This document shows positions 36,425 through 38,352 of a DNA stretch of 38,352 nucleotides, one piece after another (within the stretch, counting starts at the first letter, position 1; the number at the start of each line of letters is the position of its first letter). Where the stretch lies: NCBI RefSeq assembly GCF_004010195.1, contig NC_057750.1:12543837-12582188 (forward strand), read 5' to 3'. Source of the stretch: Chiloscyllium plagiosum. Taxonomy: Eukaryota. Both the position numbers and the translations under genes were made by a program. Under the pieces are notes generated by a model. That model ran no database searches. It saw only the letters and a program-made list of their open reading frames with translations, and was not told where the DNA came from.

Positions 36425-36620
36425 CTGTGGGCCAATAGACATTCCCAGACCAACCCTATCCCTGTATTTACCATGGCTACTCCACCTAGCCTACACATTC
36501 CTGGGCACTACATGGCAATTTTGCTTGGCCAGTCTACCTAACCTATACATCTTTGGACTATCTGGAAACTAGAGCACCCAGATGAAACCCACAAAGATAT
36601 AGGGAGAACACACCAACCAA
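36425..36620 (-). mobile_element. HE1-type SINE, partial
   Basis: GGCAATTTTGC..CATCTTTGGACT..GAAACCCAC core. Confidence 0.65.
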
Positions 36621-36952
36621 CAAGCCTGACACCACAAGGATGGCACAAACCTACCCTGCTGTTGTAGTCGATCACCTCTTATCCAGCCAAATCTGATCAC
36701 CCTCATCTTCTCACTGAATCTGACACAGAGTTTAGTGCCTAGCATCTCATTCTGACAATGGAGGACCTCTTTCTCGATCTTACCTATGTTGCTGGTATAT
36801 TTATGGAACATGACAACTGGATCACTCCCCTTTCATTCCCAAGATTTTCTCCAGCCCTGAACAGATGTTCTGAACCCTGGCTCGAGGTTGGTAACACATC
36901 TTCTGGACTCACTCTCTTCAATGCAGTAAAGCGCATCAATTTTCCACAATTA

Positions 36953-37270
36953 TGGGCAGAATGGTGGCATAGTGGTTAGTACTGCTGCCTCACAGTGCCA
37001 AGGTGTCAGGTTTGATTCCTGCCTTGAGTGACTGTCTGTATGGAGTTTGCATGTTCTCCCTGTGTCTTTGTGGGTTTCCTCTAAGTGCTCTCATTTCCTG
37101 ATAGTCCAAAGATATACAAGTCAGGTGGATAGCCTAAGCAAAATTACCAATTAGTGTCCAGGGATGTGTGAGTAGCCATGGTAAATGCATGGATAGGGTT
37201 GGTCTGGTTGATGTGCTCTTCAGAGAATCAATGGGCCAAATAGTCTCTATCTGCACTGTAGGGATGCTAT
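36953..37270 (+). mobile_element. HE1-type SINE, diverged
   Basis: TGGCATAGTGG A box, GGTTTGATTCC B box, GTTTGCATGTTCTCCC domain. Confidence 0.8.
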
Positions 37271-37649
37271 AATTACTGTACTGGCTACCACTATGCTCCA
37301 TTTTGCTCACCTCTATTTGAATGGCTTCTTTAACAATGATGCCATCGCCAAACTACTCATCCACCTTGAGCAGACCTCACTTACATCCACACAGACTGAG
37401 AGCACTCCAAATCTGTTGACAATTGCATAATCTGAGGCTTCTCTACCATTATTTGCTCGGTCCCCTTAACGGCATCATTCACAGTCACATAATCCTAGCC
37501 CTCACTGCTGAAATAAACTAACAACTTTGTTTTAAGAGGTGTGACAGTCTTCCAGAGCAAAGTGTCTAGGTATTTGTACCCCTCCCTTATATAGTACATT
37601 GTTTGCAGTTCAACTTCTAGATTACTAATCCTGATCTGGAATTCCACCA

Positions 37650-38068
37650 GATAAGAACATTAGAACATATATAAAAAGATAGGAAATAGAAGCAGGCGTA
37701 GGCCATCTGGCCCCTCAAACTCGCTCCACCATTCAACAAGATTGTGGCCGATTCTTTTGTGGACTCAGCTCCATTTACCTGCCTGCTCGCCATAGCCCCA
37801 AATTCCTAACTGTTCAAAAATCAATCTTTGCCTTTAAACGTTTGATGAGGTATCCTCCACTGCTTCGATGAGCAGGGAATTCCTCAACTCAGTCATAAAT
37901 CTGCTCCCCCTTATTTTGAGGCTGTACCTCCTCATTCTAGTTTCACCTGCCTGTGGAAAATAACCTCCCAGTTTGTATCTTTTCTATTTTTGCCATAATT
38001 TTATATGTTTCTATAAGATCCCACCTCATTCTTCTAAATTCCAATGAGTATAGTCCCAGTCTACTCAT
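37650..38068 (-). mobile_element. CR1 3' fragment
   Basis: RLGLYSLEFRRMRWDLIETYKI on the minus strand. Confidence 0.8.
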
Positions 38069-38352
38069 AAGGAAAAAGTGAGGACTGCAGATGCTGGACA
38101 CCAGAGTTGAAAAGTGTGGTGCTAGAAAAACAGAGCAGGCCAGGCAACATCCGAGGAGCAGGAGAATCGACGCTTTGGGCATAAGCCCTTCTTCAGGAAT
38201 GAGGCTGGTGTACCAAGCAGGCTGAGATAAAAGGTAGGGGGGAGGGAATTTGGGGGAGGGGCGCTGGGAATATGATAGGTGGAGGAGGTGAGGGTGAGGG
38301 TGATAGGCCGGAGAGGGGGTTGGGCGGAGAGTTGGGAAGAAGATTGCAGGTC
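38069..38352 (-). mobile_element. Terminus of a longer Penelope-like element, running off the right edge
   Basis: One arm of the hairpin family, with a mutated minus-strand core CTGAAGA-A-GGGC-TTAT-GCCC-AAAG-CG-TC. Continues into G-rich sequence instead of folding back. Confidence 0.6.

Noticed and set aside
38236..38330. G-quadruplex-like G tracts
   Set aside because: Part of the repeat terminus; no evidence of a locus-specific role.

Overview
Eukaryotic, repeat-dense genomic DNA, almost certainly from a shark (multiple HE1-type tRNA-derived SINEs, CR1/HER1-type LINE fragments and Penelope-derived hairpins; species not determinable here). The window lies inside one + strand gene. Four internal GT-AG exons (12350-12412, 15504-15675, 30398-30522, 33343-33423) splice in frame to a 147-aa peptide that I recognise from memory as CATSPERG, the sperm CatSper channel gamma subunit. 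The introns hold a transposon record: an intact-looking L1 5' end, an endogenous retrovirus env plus 3' LTR, a CR1 > L1 > hairpin nested insertion with exact target-site duplications, and a GIY-YIG Penelope element with inverted terminal repeats. They also hold a Harbinger-type Myb/SANT relic within a ~0.9 kb inverted duplication, a Gmr1-like Gypsy relic abutting a second Gypsy pol, and a Tx1-like fragment. The most notable unannotated signal is three families of minimal hammerhead-ribozyme motifs in Penelope termini and in short hairpin insertions. Most ORF-track entries are repeat-derived and not genes. Repeat boundaries without TSDs are approximate.
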